Part shown: positions 1 to 10,804 of the stretch, piece by piece
Numbering within the stretch: position 1 is the stretch's first letter
Layout: every line of letters starts with the position of its first letter
Source of the DNA: Mantamonas sphyraenae STR306
Taxonomy: Eukaryota > Protista > CRuMs
Direction of reading: 5' to 3'
Assembly: GCA_026936335.1 (NCBI GenBank)
Contig: JAPMXV010000049.1
Span: 124,001-188,000 of the forward strand
Length of the DNA stretch: 64,000 bases
The notes under the pieces: generated by a model
The model's input: only the letters and a program-made list of their open reading frames with translations
Database searches by the model: none
What the model was told of the DNA's origin: nothing
Made by a program: the position numbers and the translations under genes

Positions 1-1545
1 AGGCTGCGGGAAGGTGGCCGAAAACATGACCATCTGCCTGTCTGGGCGGATGTTGGCCACCACACGTGTTATTTGCGGTTCAAAGCCCATGTCAAACAGT
101 CGGTCAGCTTCGTCCATGACTAGGAATGTCACGCGGCGCAGGTTGGTCACCTTGCCCATGTTCAGGATGTCGATCATGCGGCCCGGCGTACACACCACAA
201 TCTCTGCACCACGTTTCAGCTCTGCAATCTGGGCGGTGATCTGTGTGCCGCCGTACACTGCGGCCACGTTGATGCCCACCGGTTTGGCAAACTGCTTGGC
301 ATCCTGATAGATCTGCAGAGCCAGCTCTCGCGTGGGGGCAAAAATGAACCCGATGGGTCCATCGCCAGCCTTCAGGGGGGGTTGTGCCAGGATGTGGCGC
401 AACATGGGCAACAGAAAGGCGAGCGTTTTGCCCGAGCCAGTCTTGGCGATGCCAATGACGTCGCGGCCCGACATGATGGCTGGCATGGCCTGCGCCTGGA
501 TTGGAGTGGGTCGCTCAAAGCCAAACTTGCGTTGCAGCGTGTCCAGCACGCGTTCAGGCAGCCCAGCTTGTTCCCAGGTGCGGATGGGCTTTGGGCAGCG
601 TTTGCCCTTAATCTTGATCCCTTCCAGCTCTGTACGCAAGTCGCGCACTTCCTCCTCGTCCATCATGGCAATCTCCTTGGCTTCGATGTAAAAGTCGCGT
701 TCAAAGTCGGGGTAGTCGATCTGGGTGTGGTCCACAAGCTCCAGCTGCTTCTCCTTCTGTGCGCCGCGGCCACGCAGCAGCGCCATGATTTCGTCAAAAT
801 CGTCGTCTTCCTCCGCAGTGTCTTCCAGGTCCACGTCGTCCAGCTCATCGCCCGTGTACACCTGCTCCTGCTTCTTACCCTTGACACGCTTGACGCGCGG
901 TTTCCCCAGCTTGCTGGCCAGCTGCTCCCGCTGCATCTCCGCCATGTATGCATCCAGTGGGTCGATGTCATCGTCATCGTCGGCGTCGTCTTCGTGTGTG
1001 CCTTTGTGACTTGTGCTTTCGCTCGCGCTCGTGCTGGACGACGATGACGACGACGCCTGGCCGGGCGCGCCTTCCGCAGCATCGTCGTCGTCGTCTGCCT
1101 CCAGATAGGCATCTCCTGAATCATCGTGGATGACTCCAGTCCGTGCCAACTGTGTCGAATGGCCGGGTGCGTGTGTGTTGTCGGCCTCTGTGTCTGTGTT
1201 TGGTGTTTCTGTGCCTTCCAACTGCATGCTCCGTGCTTGTTGCGCCTTTCGCCTTGCTCGCCACTCCTCCAGCCGCTTTCGTCGCTCTTCCTGGCTCACA
1301 CGGTCCACTTGCTCCTCCAGAACGGTGTCAGAGGAACCAGAGGATGAGCTCGCTGCCTCTGAAGCGGCCACTCGCGAGCGCTTGAGGTCCCGCTGGGAGT
1401 TGCTGGGCTCCGGATCGTCGTCTGGCTCGTCTTCCAGTGCCAGATGGGGCCGCTTGCCGCCGTTCCCTCCCGCAAACTGCACTGACTTTTGAGTGTCGAA
1501 TGCCGACGGACGCGGTCGCTTGGGTTTGTTCTTGCGTCTGAGCAT
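1..1545 (-). CDS. DDX46: DEAD-box RNA helicase DDX46/Prp5 (5' part; runs off left edge)
   Basis: Manual translation from ATG 1545 (not in ORF track because it is open at the edge): DPLDAYM, PTPIQAQAMP, GIAKTGSGKTLAF, PTRELA, TPGR, DEADRLFDMGFEPQI, MFSATFP. Confidence 0.9.
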   Translation of the reverse strand, partial: MLRRKNKPKRPRPSAFDTQKSVQFAGGNGGKRPHLALEDEPDDDPEPSNSQRDLKRSRVAASEAASSSSGSSDTVLEEQVDRVSQEERRKRLEEWRARRKAQQARSMQLEGTETPNTDTEADNTHAPGHSTQLARTGVIHDDSGDAYLEADDDDDAAEGAPGQASSSSSSSTSASESTSHKGTHEDDADDDDDIDPLDAYMAEMQREQLASKLGKPRVKRVKGKKQEQVYTGDELDDVDLEDTAEEDDDFDEIMALLRGRGAQKEKQLELVDHTQIDYPDFERDFYIEAKEIAMMDEEEVRDLRTELEGIKIKGKRCPKPIRTWEQAGLPERVLDTLQRKFGFERPTPIQAQAMPAIMSGRDVIGIAKTGSGKTLAFLLPMLRHILAQPPLKAGDGPIGFIFAPTRELALQIYQDAKQFAKPVGINVAAVYGGTQITAQIAELKRGAEIVVCTPGRMIDILNMGKVTNLRRVTFLVMDEADRLFDMGFEPQITRVVANIRPDRQMVMFSATFPQP

Positions 1546-1550
1546 GGGCG

Positions 1551-2276
1551 ATGGCGGCGCAAGCGCAGCACGCGCCAAACACTCCGCAAGCCATCATGAG
1601 CAGCAGTGAGTCGTCAAAGGACGCCACAGGGACCACCAAAGGTGCTGCTTCGTCGTCGTCTTCCTCTTCGTCGTCGTCTTCGTCCTCGTCCTCGTCCTCG
1701 TCTTCATCATCGTCCTCTACCGCGGTGGACAAGGCCGCGTCGGCGGCCGCTACGAGCGCAAACGCAGAGGCCATTGCGCGGCTGCAAGTGATGCAGGCAC
1801 AGGTGCAAACGAATCTGGTGACCATTGAGAAACAGTTGTATCATATGGAGGGCGAGTACCTCAAGTCCACAAAGGCCACGGGCAACTGCGTCGTTGGGTG
1901 GGATGTGCTTGTGAATCCCAAGCTTACGGGCTCGCTGCGCAAGACAGCTGCCCAACAGCAGGCCTCAGAGCAGGAGGTCAATGACAAGGACAGGATATTC
2001 TCTCGCTCCAGTGTGAGCACCATCCAGGTCGGTCAGCGTGCGACTGCGTACAGCGTCTTCCATCCTCCCCCTTCCTTCCCTTCTGCCGGCTTCCTTGCTA
2101 ACATCCACCACGGACCCGAAACCGAAACCGCATTCCTGTTCCAGAGTCTCAACACGGTCGTTCACACAGTGCCTGCCGACACCAAGCCGTCCAAGCGTGA
2201 CGCACAGACTGCCGGAGTCGACAACACGCAAACTGGGACAGGATCCACCACCAAAAAGCAGCGTGTGGCTGCGTAG
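1551..2276 (+). CDS. EAF6: NuA4/MYST acetyltransferase complex subunit Eaf6; start 1551 or 1596; probable intron 2028-2144
   Basis: IEKQLYHMEGEYL..GNCVVGWD..DRIFSRSSVS matches the Eaf6/MEAF6 pattern; GT..CTAAC..CAG intron. Confidence 0.85.
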   Translation: MAAQAQHAPNTPQAIMSSSESSKDATGTTKGAASSSSSSSSSSSSSSSSSSSSSSSTAVDKAASAAATSANAEAIARLQVMQAQVQTNLVTIEKQLYHMEGEYLKSTKATGNCVVGWDVLVNPKLTGSLRKTAAQQQASEQEVNDKDRIFSRSSVSTIQVGQRATAYSVFHPPPSFPSAGFLANIHHGPETETAFLFQSLNTVVHTVPADTKPSKRDAQTAGVDNTQTGTGSTTKKQRVAA

Positions 2277-2397
2277 GGGAGACCACAATCGTCAATGAAA
2301 GCCTGTTGCTACCCCGCGGCTGTGGCCAAGTCTTGGAGACAGCTTGGAGATCATTGCGCGCGAGAGCGTACCCGCTCTCCAACTCCTTTCTTGGCCC

Positions 2398-5300
2398 ATG
2401 TCCGACGGTGAACACCTGGAGGACATCGAGCTGGACGAAGTTGCAGGCGAGGGACAGGCCAGCGAGCACTCCTCGGCCGACCTCCTGTCCAAAGAACAAC
2501 GCAACGCACGCGCCAACGACGTAAGCCCACCCAAAGCGGAATCTTCGTTTTTCCCTTGGCACGCAGTTTTGCGTCGGAATGGCGTTTCAAGACGATGCCC
2601 CTCCGTGTTGCGTCGCCACTCACTCTGTTCCTATGTAGAACGCAACCCAGGTGGTGGACGAGGACGGCCCGGGCGTCATCGAGCTCACTTTCTTTACGTA
2701 CCTCAACAGCCTGATCAAACTCGGCGCCCAACGACCTCTCGAGTACAACGACCTCCCGTCGCTCCTGAACAGTGAAAAGACCGTTGCCTCTGCCCAGCCC
2801 TTCCAGGCCCACTGGGACGAGCAGAAAACCCAGCTGCGCGCCAGTGATGCCCAGGAGGGAGGCCGAACCCGGTACGTTCCGCATTCCGACTTTTCCGCTT
2901 GTCGTTGTCCCTCGCGGGCCCTTTCCCGACCCCTCCTGGCCCCTGCATCCCATTCTCCGTGCCACATCCCTGCCTCCCATTCCCCATATGTTTGTGTCGT
3001 GTTGCCTCGACTTGTGCTCACACGTACCACCTGCCTCCCATCCGGTGTGTGCCCTCGCATGCTGCTGCGTTTGCGAATGTTGGCCTTCCTTGTGTGTGCC
3101 CCACAGGCCTTCCATCGCCAAGGCATTCCTTCACGTGTGGCGTGGACCTCTGATCTGGTCCGGCGTCATGAAAGTGATCAACGACGTGACCCTCTTTGCC
3201 GGCCCGCTGATCCTCCACGACCTGATTGCCTACCTGCACGCTCCCGGCCGTACCTTGCTTGGAGGCATGGTGTTCCCGTTCATCTTTTTCGCGGTCGGAT
3301 TTATCAACTCCTTGGCCATCAACAACTACTTTTACCACGTGGTGCTCCTCAGCATGAAGCTGCGTGCTGCAATTGTCGCAAGTGTGTACCAAAAGGCGCT
3401 GCGCCAGTCTGTGCGGTCACGCCAGGGTGCCACCGTCGGCCAAGTGGTCAATCTCATGTCCAACGACGCACAACGCGTCGCAGACTTTGTCATCTCTACC
3501 CACCAGCTGTGGAGCTCGCCTGTGCAGATCATTGTCTTTGTGGCTCTGCTCATCAACTACCTTGGTGTCAGCGCCGTGGTGGGCATCGGCGTCCTCCTGC
3601 TCTCCTTTCCGCTCAACGGCTACCTGATGGTCAACATGGCCAAGCTGCAACGCGCAAACATGGAGAACACAGACAAGCGCGTCAAGATTGTCAACGAGGT
3701 GCTGCAAGGCATCCGCGTGATCAAGTACTACGCTTGGGAACAGGACTTTCTGGAGCGCATCTTTGGTGTGCGTGCCACCGAGCTGGATGTCCTTAAGCGC
3801 CGTGCGAATCTGCAGGTGCTGATGATGTTCAGCTGGACGGCTTTGCCCATGCTTGTGTCGGTGACCTCGTTTGCCGTGTTTGCTGCACTGGGCAACGAGC
3901 TGACGCCCGAGGTGGTGTTCACTTCGTTGGCTCTGTTCACCATGCTGCGCTTCCCGCTTGTTTTCCTGCCCATGGTGCTCAACGGCGCCGTCAACGCAAA
4001 CGTGGCTGCTACCCGCCTCACCACCTATCTGGACAGTGAGGACATGCAAAACCGCGTAGACTACACCGCACATGTCAAGGATGACACCACGGGGATCCTT
4101 GTGGACAACGTGACCCTGGACTGGAATCAGGCCCAGGCGTTGGATCTGCGCACGAAAGCAGAAAAGAAGAAGGCCAAGGCGGAGAAGAAGGCCGCGAAAA
4201 AGGCAGCCAAGGGCCAGGGAGAAGGCGACAACAGCAACGGGCAGGAAATGGAGGAAGAAGACGAGTCGGACGATGACGTGGAGGACGTGGAGGACGACGA
4301 CACGGAGGACAGCGAAACGAGCAAGCGCGGCCCAGCAGTGGTCGACCTGAGTCTGTCTGTGGACGCAGGTCAGCTGGCCATGGTGATTGGCCGTGTGGGC
4401 TGTGGCAAGTCGTCGCTGCTGGCGGGCATCCTGGGCGAAATCCCGATGGTGAAGGGAAACATCAGCGTGCGCGGAAGCGTGGCGTACGTGAGCCAGCAGG
4501 CGTGGATCCAGAACGCCACGGTGCGAGACAACATCCTGTTTGGAAACGCATACGACGAGGAACGGTACCGCAGCGTGGTGGAGTCGTGTGCACTGACGGC
4601 CGACCTGGACATGCTGCCTGCGGGCGACATGACGGAGATTGGAGAGCGCGGCATCAACCTGAGCGGCGGACAGAAGCAGAGGGTGTCGATTGCGCGTGCT
4701 GTGTATGCCGATGCGCAGATCTACCTATTGGACGACCCTCTGAGTGCTGTGGACGCGCATGTGGGCAAGCATATCTTCAACGCGTGCATCAACGGGGTGC
4801 TGGCAAACAAGACACGGGTGCTGGTGACCCACCAATTGCAGTACCTGGAAAGTGCCGATGTGATCCTGGCGATGGACGAGGGAGGGTCGCAGCTCGCGCA
4901 GGGCACGTACGAGAGCTGCTGGCCACAGGGATGGATCTTGGCTCGCTGCTGGAGGACGAGAGTGCAGCGGAAACGGACCAAAGCGAGGCAGCAGACGGAG
5001 ACGTGGATGCGGCGGCTGCGGCAACCGAACCTGTGGCTGTGCCTCCAGGAGCAGGCGCGGGCGCAGCCAAGCTGACGGTGCGTGTCAAGACGTCGGACAG
5101 CGTCACAAGCGATACGGCAGGCGAACGCAGTTTGTCCAACAGCAAGACGGCAGATCGCAGCGGAATTGCAGGCGAGGACGAGGCGGAGGACAAGGCGAAG
5201 CAGGGCGAGCTGGTGCAGGAGGAGGAGCGTGAAACGGGTTCTGTGAAGCTGCGCGTGTACCTAGACTACATGGCGAGTGCAGGGTCTGTGTTGACATGGA

Positions 5301-7057
5301 TTGTGATTGTGCTGCTGATGGTGGGTGGAGAGGCAGGCGGCATCGGGATCAATCTGTGGCTTGCGATCTGGGCAGCGGACACAGACGCGACGGATGCACA
5401 GACGGTGTCGTACATCGAGGTTTACCTTGGCTTGACAGTGTTGGTGAGTCTGGTGATGCTTGCGCGTGGCTATGTGATCAACTATGCGGGCATCCGCGCG
5501 TCGACCGAGCTGCACAACATGCTGATGAACAACGTGATGCGCGCGCCGGTGATGTTCTTTGACGTCACGCCCATCGGACGCATTCTGAATCGCTTCTCGA
5601 AGGACATTCTGGACATTGACACAACGCTGATGTGGTCGCTGTGGCAGTTTCTGAACGTGAGCGTGAGTGTGGTGGGCACGTGGATCCTGATTGCAAGCGT
5701 GACGCCGCTGTTCCTGATCCCGTTGACGGGCTTTGCGTATGTGTACTACCGTATGCAACAGTTCTACCGATGCACATCGCGCGAGCTGAAGCGCTTGGAC
5801 TCGACGTCCAAATCTCCCATCTTCATCCACTTTTCCGAGACGCTGAGCGGGCTGCCTACAATCCGTGCGTTCACCCGAGTGGCTCAGTTCACCAACGAGA
5901 ATCTGGAGCGCGTGGACAACAACCTGCGCGCGTACTGGGCAAACATGCAGTCCAACCGCTGGCTGAGCATCCGCCTGGAAATGATCGCAAACGGCATTGT
6001 GTTCTTTGCGGCTCTGTTTGCGGTGTTGGCCGGTGACGACGTGCCGCCCACGCTGGCAGGTCTGGCAATCACGTATTCGATGACGTCGACCGGTGCGTTG
6101 AACTGGACGGTGCGCATGGCGGCCGAAACGGAGATGCAGATGAACGCGGTGGAACGCGTGCAGGCGTACAGCACCATGCCCGAAGAGGCAGCACTGATTG
6201 TGAAGGACAACCGACCGGAGCAGTCGTGGCCTGCACAGGGACGCGTGCAGCTGAAGAACGTGTTTATGCGCTACCGGGACGAGCTGGACGACGTGCTGCG
6301 TGGCGTGAGCCTGGACATTCGTGCCCAGGAAAAGGTGGGCATTGTGGGACGCACAGGAGCAGGCAAGTCGTCGCTGATTGTGGCACTGTTCCGCATGACG
6401 GAGCTGCGTCAAGGCAGCATCGAGATTGACGGTGTGGACATCAGCCAGATTGGCCTGCAGGATCTGCGTTCGAAACTGGCCATCATCCCACAGGATCCGG
6501 TGCTGTTCACAGGCACGGTGAGGAGCAACCTGGACCCGTTTCATCAGTACAGCGACGACCAGCTTTGGCAGGCGCTGGAGGGTGCGCATCTGCACGCTGC
6601 GGTGCGAGATCTGCCGGACAAGCTGGAGAGCGAGGTTGTGGAAAACGGAGAGAACTTTTCGGTGGGCCAGCGCCAGCTGATGTGCCTTGCACGTGCGCTG
6701 CTGAAGCGTGCACGTGTGCTTGTGCTGGACGAAGCGACGGCAGCGGTGGACAACGAGACAGACCACATGATCCAAGAGACCATCCGACGGGAGTTTGCAG
6801 AGTGCACTGTGTTGACGATTGCCCATCGTTTGAACACCATCATGGACTCGGACCGTGTGCTGGTGATGGACAAGGGCCGTGTGGGCGAGTTTGGCTCGCC
6901 GGCCGAGCTGCTGGAGAACCCCAAGAGTTTGTTTCTGTCCATGGTCGAGGAGACGGGACCTGCCACCAGTGCATACCTCAAGCGCATGGCCAAGGGCGAG
7001 GTCGATGTGCTGGAGGCGCTGGCGAGCGAGGAGTTTTCCGAAGTCGCTGAAGAGTAG
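2398..7057 (+). CDS. ABCC/MRP-family ABC transporter; introns 2521-2638, 2872-3106; 1-bp frameshift at ~4912
   Basis: Two TMD+NBD halves: GRVGCGKSS, GERGINLSGGQKQR, LLDDPLSAVD; GRTGAGKSS, NFSVGQRQ, LDEATA, IAHRL; GTYEELL restored by one added G. Confidence 0.95.
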
Positions 7058-7090
7058 AAGTATGAACAGTTATGAGTTCATTGATAGGTG

Positions 7091-7607
7091 TCAACTGTTT
7101 TCATGTAATCGGATGGTCGAGCAGTCGCTCACGTTTTGCTCTTCCAGCGTCCGGTCGTCGTCCAGCTCCTCGTCGCAGAAAACCATTCGCTGCTCAGCGA
7201 CGGGGATGTCCCTGGCCTCCGCCATACGAACCTTGAGTTGGCCCACGGTTTCAGAGGCGTCGACGATGAGCTCTGTGTACTGGCCAGAGATACGCTGCGA
7301 GGAATCTCAGCAAAAGTGTGAGCAACATGGGGGTGTTTAGCACCACATAGCAAGCACGTACGACGACGAAAATCTGCATTCCACCGCGCAGACGCAGCAC
7401 CAGTTGCAGGGTCGATTCCTTGCAGATGTTGTAGTCGGAGAGGGTGCAAGTGTCCTCCAGCTGCTTGCCGGCGTAGATCAGCCGCTGCTGGTCGGGCGGG
7501 ATGCCCTCCTTGTCCTGGATCATGGCCTTGACGTCCTCAATGGTGTCCGAAGACTCGACGTCCAGGGTGGTGGTCTTGCCAGCGAGGGTCCTGACGAAAA
7601 TCTGCAT
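7091..7607 (-). CDS. Divergent ubiquitin fused to a second ubiquitin-like domain; intron 7295-7361
   Basis: [11 protein letters not shown]...LRLRGG followed by spliced [73 protein letters not shown]. Confidence 0.85.
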
Positions 7608-7685
7608 GTTCGTTCGGGTGGCAGCGAGTTCGCGTTCGCGCAAACGCGACCAAACCGGGGAAGCGCACGAGCATCGAGTGAGGGC

Positions 7686-9969
7686 ATGTCTCGATCACCG
7701 TTTGCACGTCGGAAGTCATCTGTGGAACCACAGTCGCCAAGCAAGCGCAAGGCGTCTGATGAGAGCACCGCGAGCGTGGATTCCCGGACGAGCGACTTTG
7801 AGTTGACGGTTCTCTTAACACCCAAGAGCAAACGGGGAAGTGGGTCGTCTACCGAAGGGCACATCAGAGGGGGAAGTGACGAACACTCGGCGTCGCCGCC
7901 TGTGAGCCGAGGTGGGAAGCGAGAGCTGTCGTCGCTAATGGAAGAAGGGACCGTGGACGAGCGAGTGCAGAAGCGTGGGGGCAAGGGCCTCGTAGCCAAG
8001 GTGACAGATATCGGGAGCAAGCGCAAGGGTGAGCGAGAGGCGTCGGCGAAAGGAGGGAACGCCGGAAGCGAACGGGCAACGGACGACGTACGACACGGCA
8101 GGTGGCCGTTGCCAGCGCGGGCAATTTTGAGATGCATCGATTGGACAGCGAGCTGACGATGGGCAACAGTGTGAGTGCCGAGATTGTGCACCAGCTGGAA
8201 ACCCGGCCGTATATGATCTCTGTGATCGAGTACGCGGTGAAAAGCAAGCTGAGCGGGATTCTGATGTTCTTTCTCATTCTGCCCGTTATCTACTGGCATG
8301 CGTGGCTGTACCGAGCCGTTCACCTGTAAGTGAGAGGATGGTTGTGTGAGGCGATGGGAGCCAGGGAGGGAGTGCGGGGAACTTTCGCTGGCTGCGCTGG
8401 GAACATGTTTCTTGCCGTTGGGCTGTGAAAAAAGGAGAGGGCCCATCTGACACGGCGGGTTTGCGCACTTCGGGCAACTTCCCCTCTGGATGCACACACA
8501 CGTGTCTACGCACAGGTACAACGACGGCAAACCATTGCTGTTACCCAAACCCACGTGGCCCATCGACCTCGTGTACATTTTCACAGCCAATCTGGCGCTT
8601 GGTGCGGTGAGTTTCGCGATTCGAGAGGATTTTCGCCTCCGAGTTGCTCTTGCGGATGCGATGGTCGGTTCGGCACCGGGTAATGCATGGTTGGACATGA
8701 GTGACTGCAGTGCTGTGTATACGTCATGGAGATGCGTGCATGGGTTGCATGGGTGGCGAAAGCGATATGATATGACACGTGCAAGTCGTTTCGGGTGAGC
8801 AACACGCTGACACGACATGGTCCATTCAGACGCTGAGCGTGCAGTCTGTGTCCTTCTTCTACGTTTACTTTCTGTACGGGTGGGACAAGAGCCGGCCGCT
8901 GGTGGTACGTGTCGTGTTGCCGCTCGCTGTGGTCTATCCGACTTGGACGGCAGTGATGGCAATGTGGAAGTACAGCGGAGGTGGCCTGGAGGACGACAAT
9001 CTGGATTTGAACATCGGCTACTTCCTGGTGGCAGTGCTCTTCATCTACCTCACTGGCAGGGAGACAAAGAAGTCGACACACTTTGCTCGGTTTGTGAAGC
9101 TGTACGTATGGCCATACCTCGTGTGGGTGCTCGTAGGTCTGGTGTACGTCCTGTTCTTTCCGCAGCTTTTCTTTCGCACGTCGGACGATGCAACGCGCAT
9201 TGTGTTGCGGCTGTTTGTCCATCCGCTGATCTGGGAAGTGGGCTTCTCGTTCCAGCGCGTGTGTCTGCGTCTGATGGAAAAGAACGAAATGTCGACGAGC
9301 ATCACGATGTTGATGCCCAACACGGTGCTGGCCACGCTGCACGGACGCTTCTTGGTGGCCAACATGCGTTCGCAAGAGGCGACGTTGATTGTGTCTGTGG
9401 CGTTGGGCGTCATTGAGGTGGCGCTGCGCATCACGCAAACGCAGCGCGACGAGCTGTTCTACAGGCTGAGGTACGGCAAGGAGTGTGCCGACGAGATGAT
9501 GAGGAATCCCCGAAGCATGCGTGTGAGTGCGGACTTTATTGTGCTGGAGGAGTTTGTGGAGGCCCTTGGCATCCTCTGCTCCGGCGCCATTGCGTACCTG
9601 TGGAGCATGGCCAGCGATAGTTCGAACCCTGTCGCGCCGTCTCTGGAGGGCCTGGTGATCACAGTGATCATTCAGTACGCCATCGAGCTGCTGGTGGACA
9701 TCGTGACACCCTTGTTGGGTGTGCTGCATCAGCTGCACACGAGTCGGCCGAACGAAACCCGCTTGGAGCGGTTCTTTTGGGATCGATTGGGCCATGTGCG
9801 CAAGTGGAAGCTGCAGGTGGTCGCTGCTTGGAACTCCAAGTTTGACAACTACATGTTGGGCATCTTTTTCTTTGCCGTGGTGTGGACTGCCTATTTCATG
9901 CGCACGTTTGGAGACATTCTGTGCTCCGTTCCGGATGGTCACGGGAGTGTGATCCTTTACACGTGCTGA
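7686..9969 (+). CDS. Unknown multipass membrane protein with disordered N-terminus; introns 8326-8515, 8607-8829; frameshift at ~8090
   Basis: Canonical GTAAGT/GTGAGT..CAG junctions join ORFs 7404, 8102, 8490 and 8779 in frame; many hydrophobic helices. Confidence 0.7.
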
Positions 9970-10117
9970 GAGGGCCTGGCAGGTGTGCGGGGATTTGTTT
10001 GGACGGAGCGACAACGTTGTTGACGCCACACGAATGGAAAAAGTGTTGGACTGTACATTGGATTCAGCATTCAGCATGTGCTCGCACACAGGCACACACG
10101 CACGCACGCAAATGTGG

Positions 10118-10451
10118 TCACTGCGACGAGGCAGACGCGGCCTCGCGGCGCAGTTCTTGGACCACGGCAGCAAGCGCCTCTGGGTTCACACCGTGTTCAC
10201 ACAGACTGATGAGGATGGAGAGGGTGTCTCTGTCAAGGCCTGTGTTGAGCAGCTGGGAGATGTCGTGGACGACTGGGAGAGCACGGTGCGAGTGAGGGGT
10301 GCGTAACTTTTTGGCGCGTTGCTCTGAGATCGACCAGGGCGGGCCCAGCAGGCATGGGACGGAAACGCAACATTAGACAGAAGGGAGCGCATCACAAACA
10401 AACATTCAACGTACCCTCGAGGGTTTCACGTGCCTCTGTCTGCTGGTCCAT
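10118..10451 (-). CDS. MZT1: MOZART1/GIP, gamma-TuRC subunit (63 aa); intron 10273-10414
   Basis: Spliced: [69 protein letters not shown] and GVNPEAL are Mzt1 signatures. Confidence 0.92.
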
Positions 10452-10804
10452 GAAGGGTGTGCAGGGGTTTGGTTTGCGCGTGTGGCGCCAAGCACGAGGA
10501 CTCGGGACACAAGCATGAGCACGCAGGAGCCACACAAATTGCTGGCATCGTGTGCAAACACAATCCAAATGTGGGATCCACAGGGGGCGAGCAACGGGGA
10601 GCTTCCTGGGGTCGGGAGCGTGGCGCCGCATCGCGGGCGCAACACGACGATCAACACGATCCGCTGGAACAACAACTGCAAGGTGCTTGCTTCTGGTGGA
10701 AGCGACGGATGTATTGTGCTCACACACATCTCTGGAAGCACCATTGGCGTCCTTCCGGTGGACCACGAGGAGGGACAGGGCCCGGTAAGTGGGATGGCGC
10801 CAAA
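10310..10804. promoter_or_regulatory. Bidirectional MZT1/NEDD1 promoter region with E2F-like sites
   Basis: 63 bp between ATGs; TTTGGCGC at 10310-10317 (+) and 10797-10804 (-); TGGCGCCAA at 10483-10491. Confidence 0.45.

Noticed and set aside
2028-2144. Stop-free 3n introns (EAF6 117 nt; STAT 21405-21500, 96 nt) as regulated retention events
   Set aside because: Expected by chance in C-rich short introns; no evidence without RNA data
7376-7385. Rhizarian-type amino-acid insertion at the ubiquitin junction as a taxonomic marker
   Set aside because: The junction is a direct GG-MQ, and the gene is atypical, so it is uninformative
8087-8100. Possible 14-nt GT..AG micro-intron (GTACGACACGGCAG) that would restore the frame
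   Set aside because: All other introns are 67 nt or longer, no other frameshift can be fixed this way, and one missing G explains it equally well
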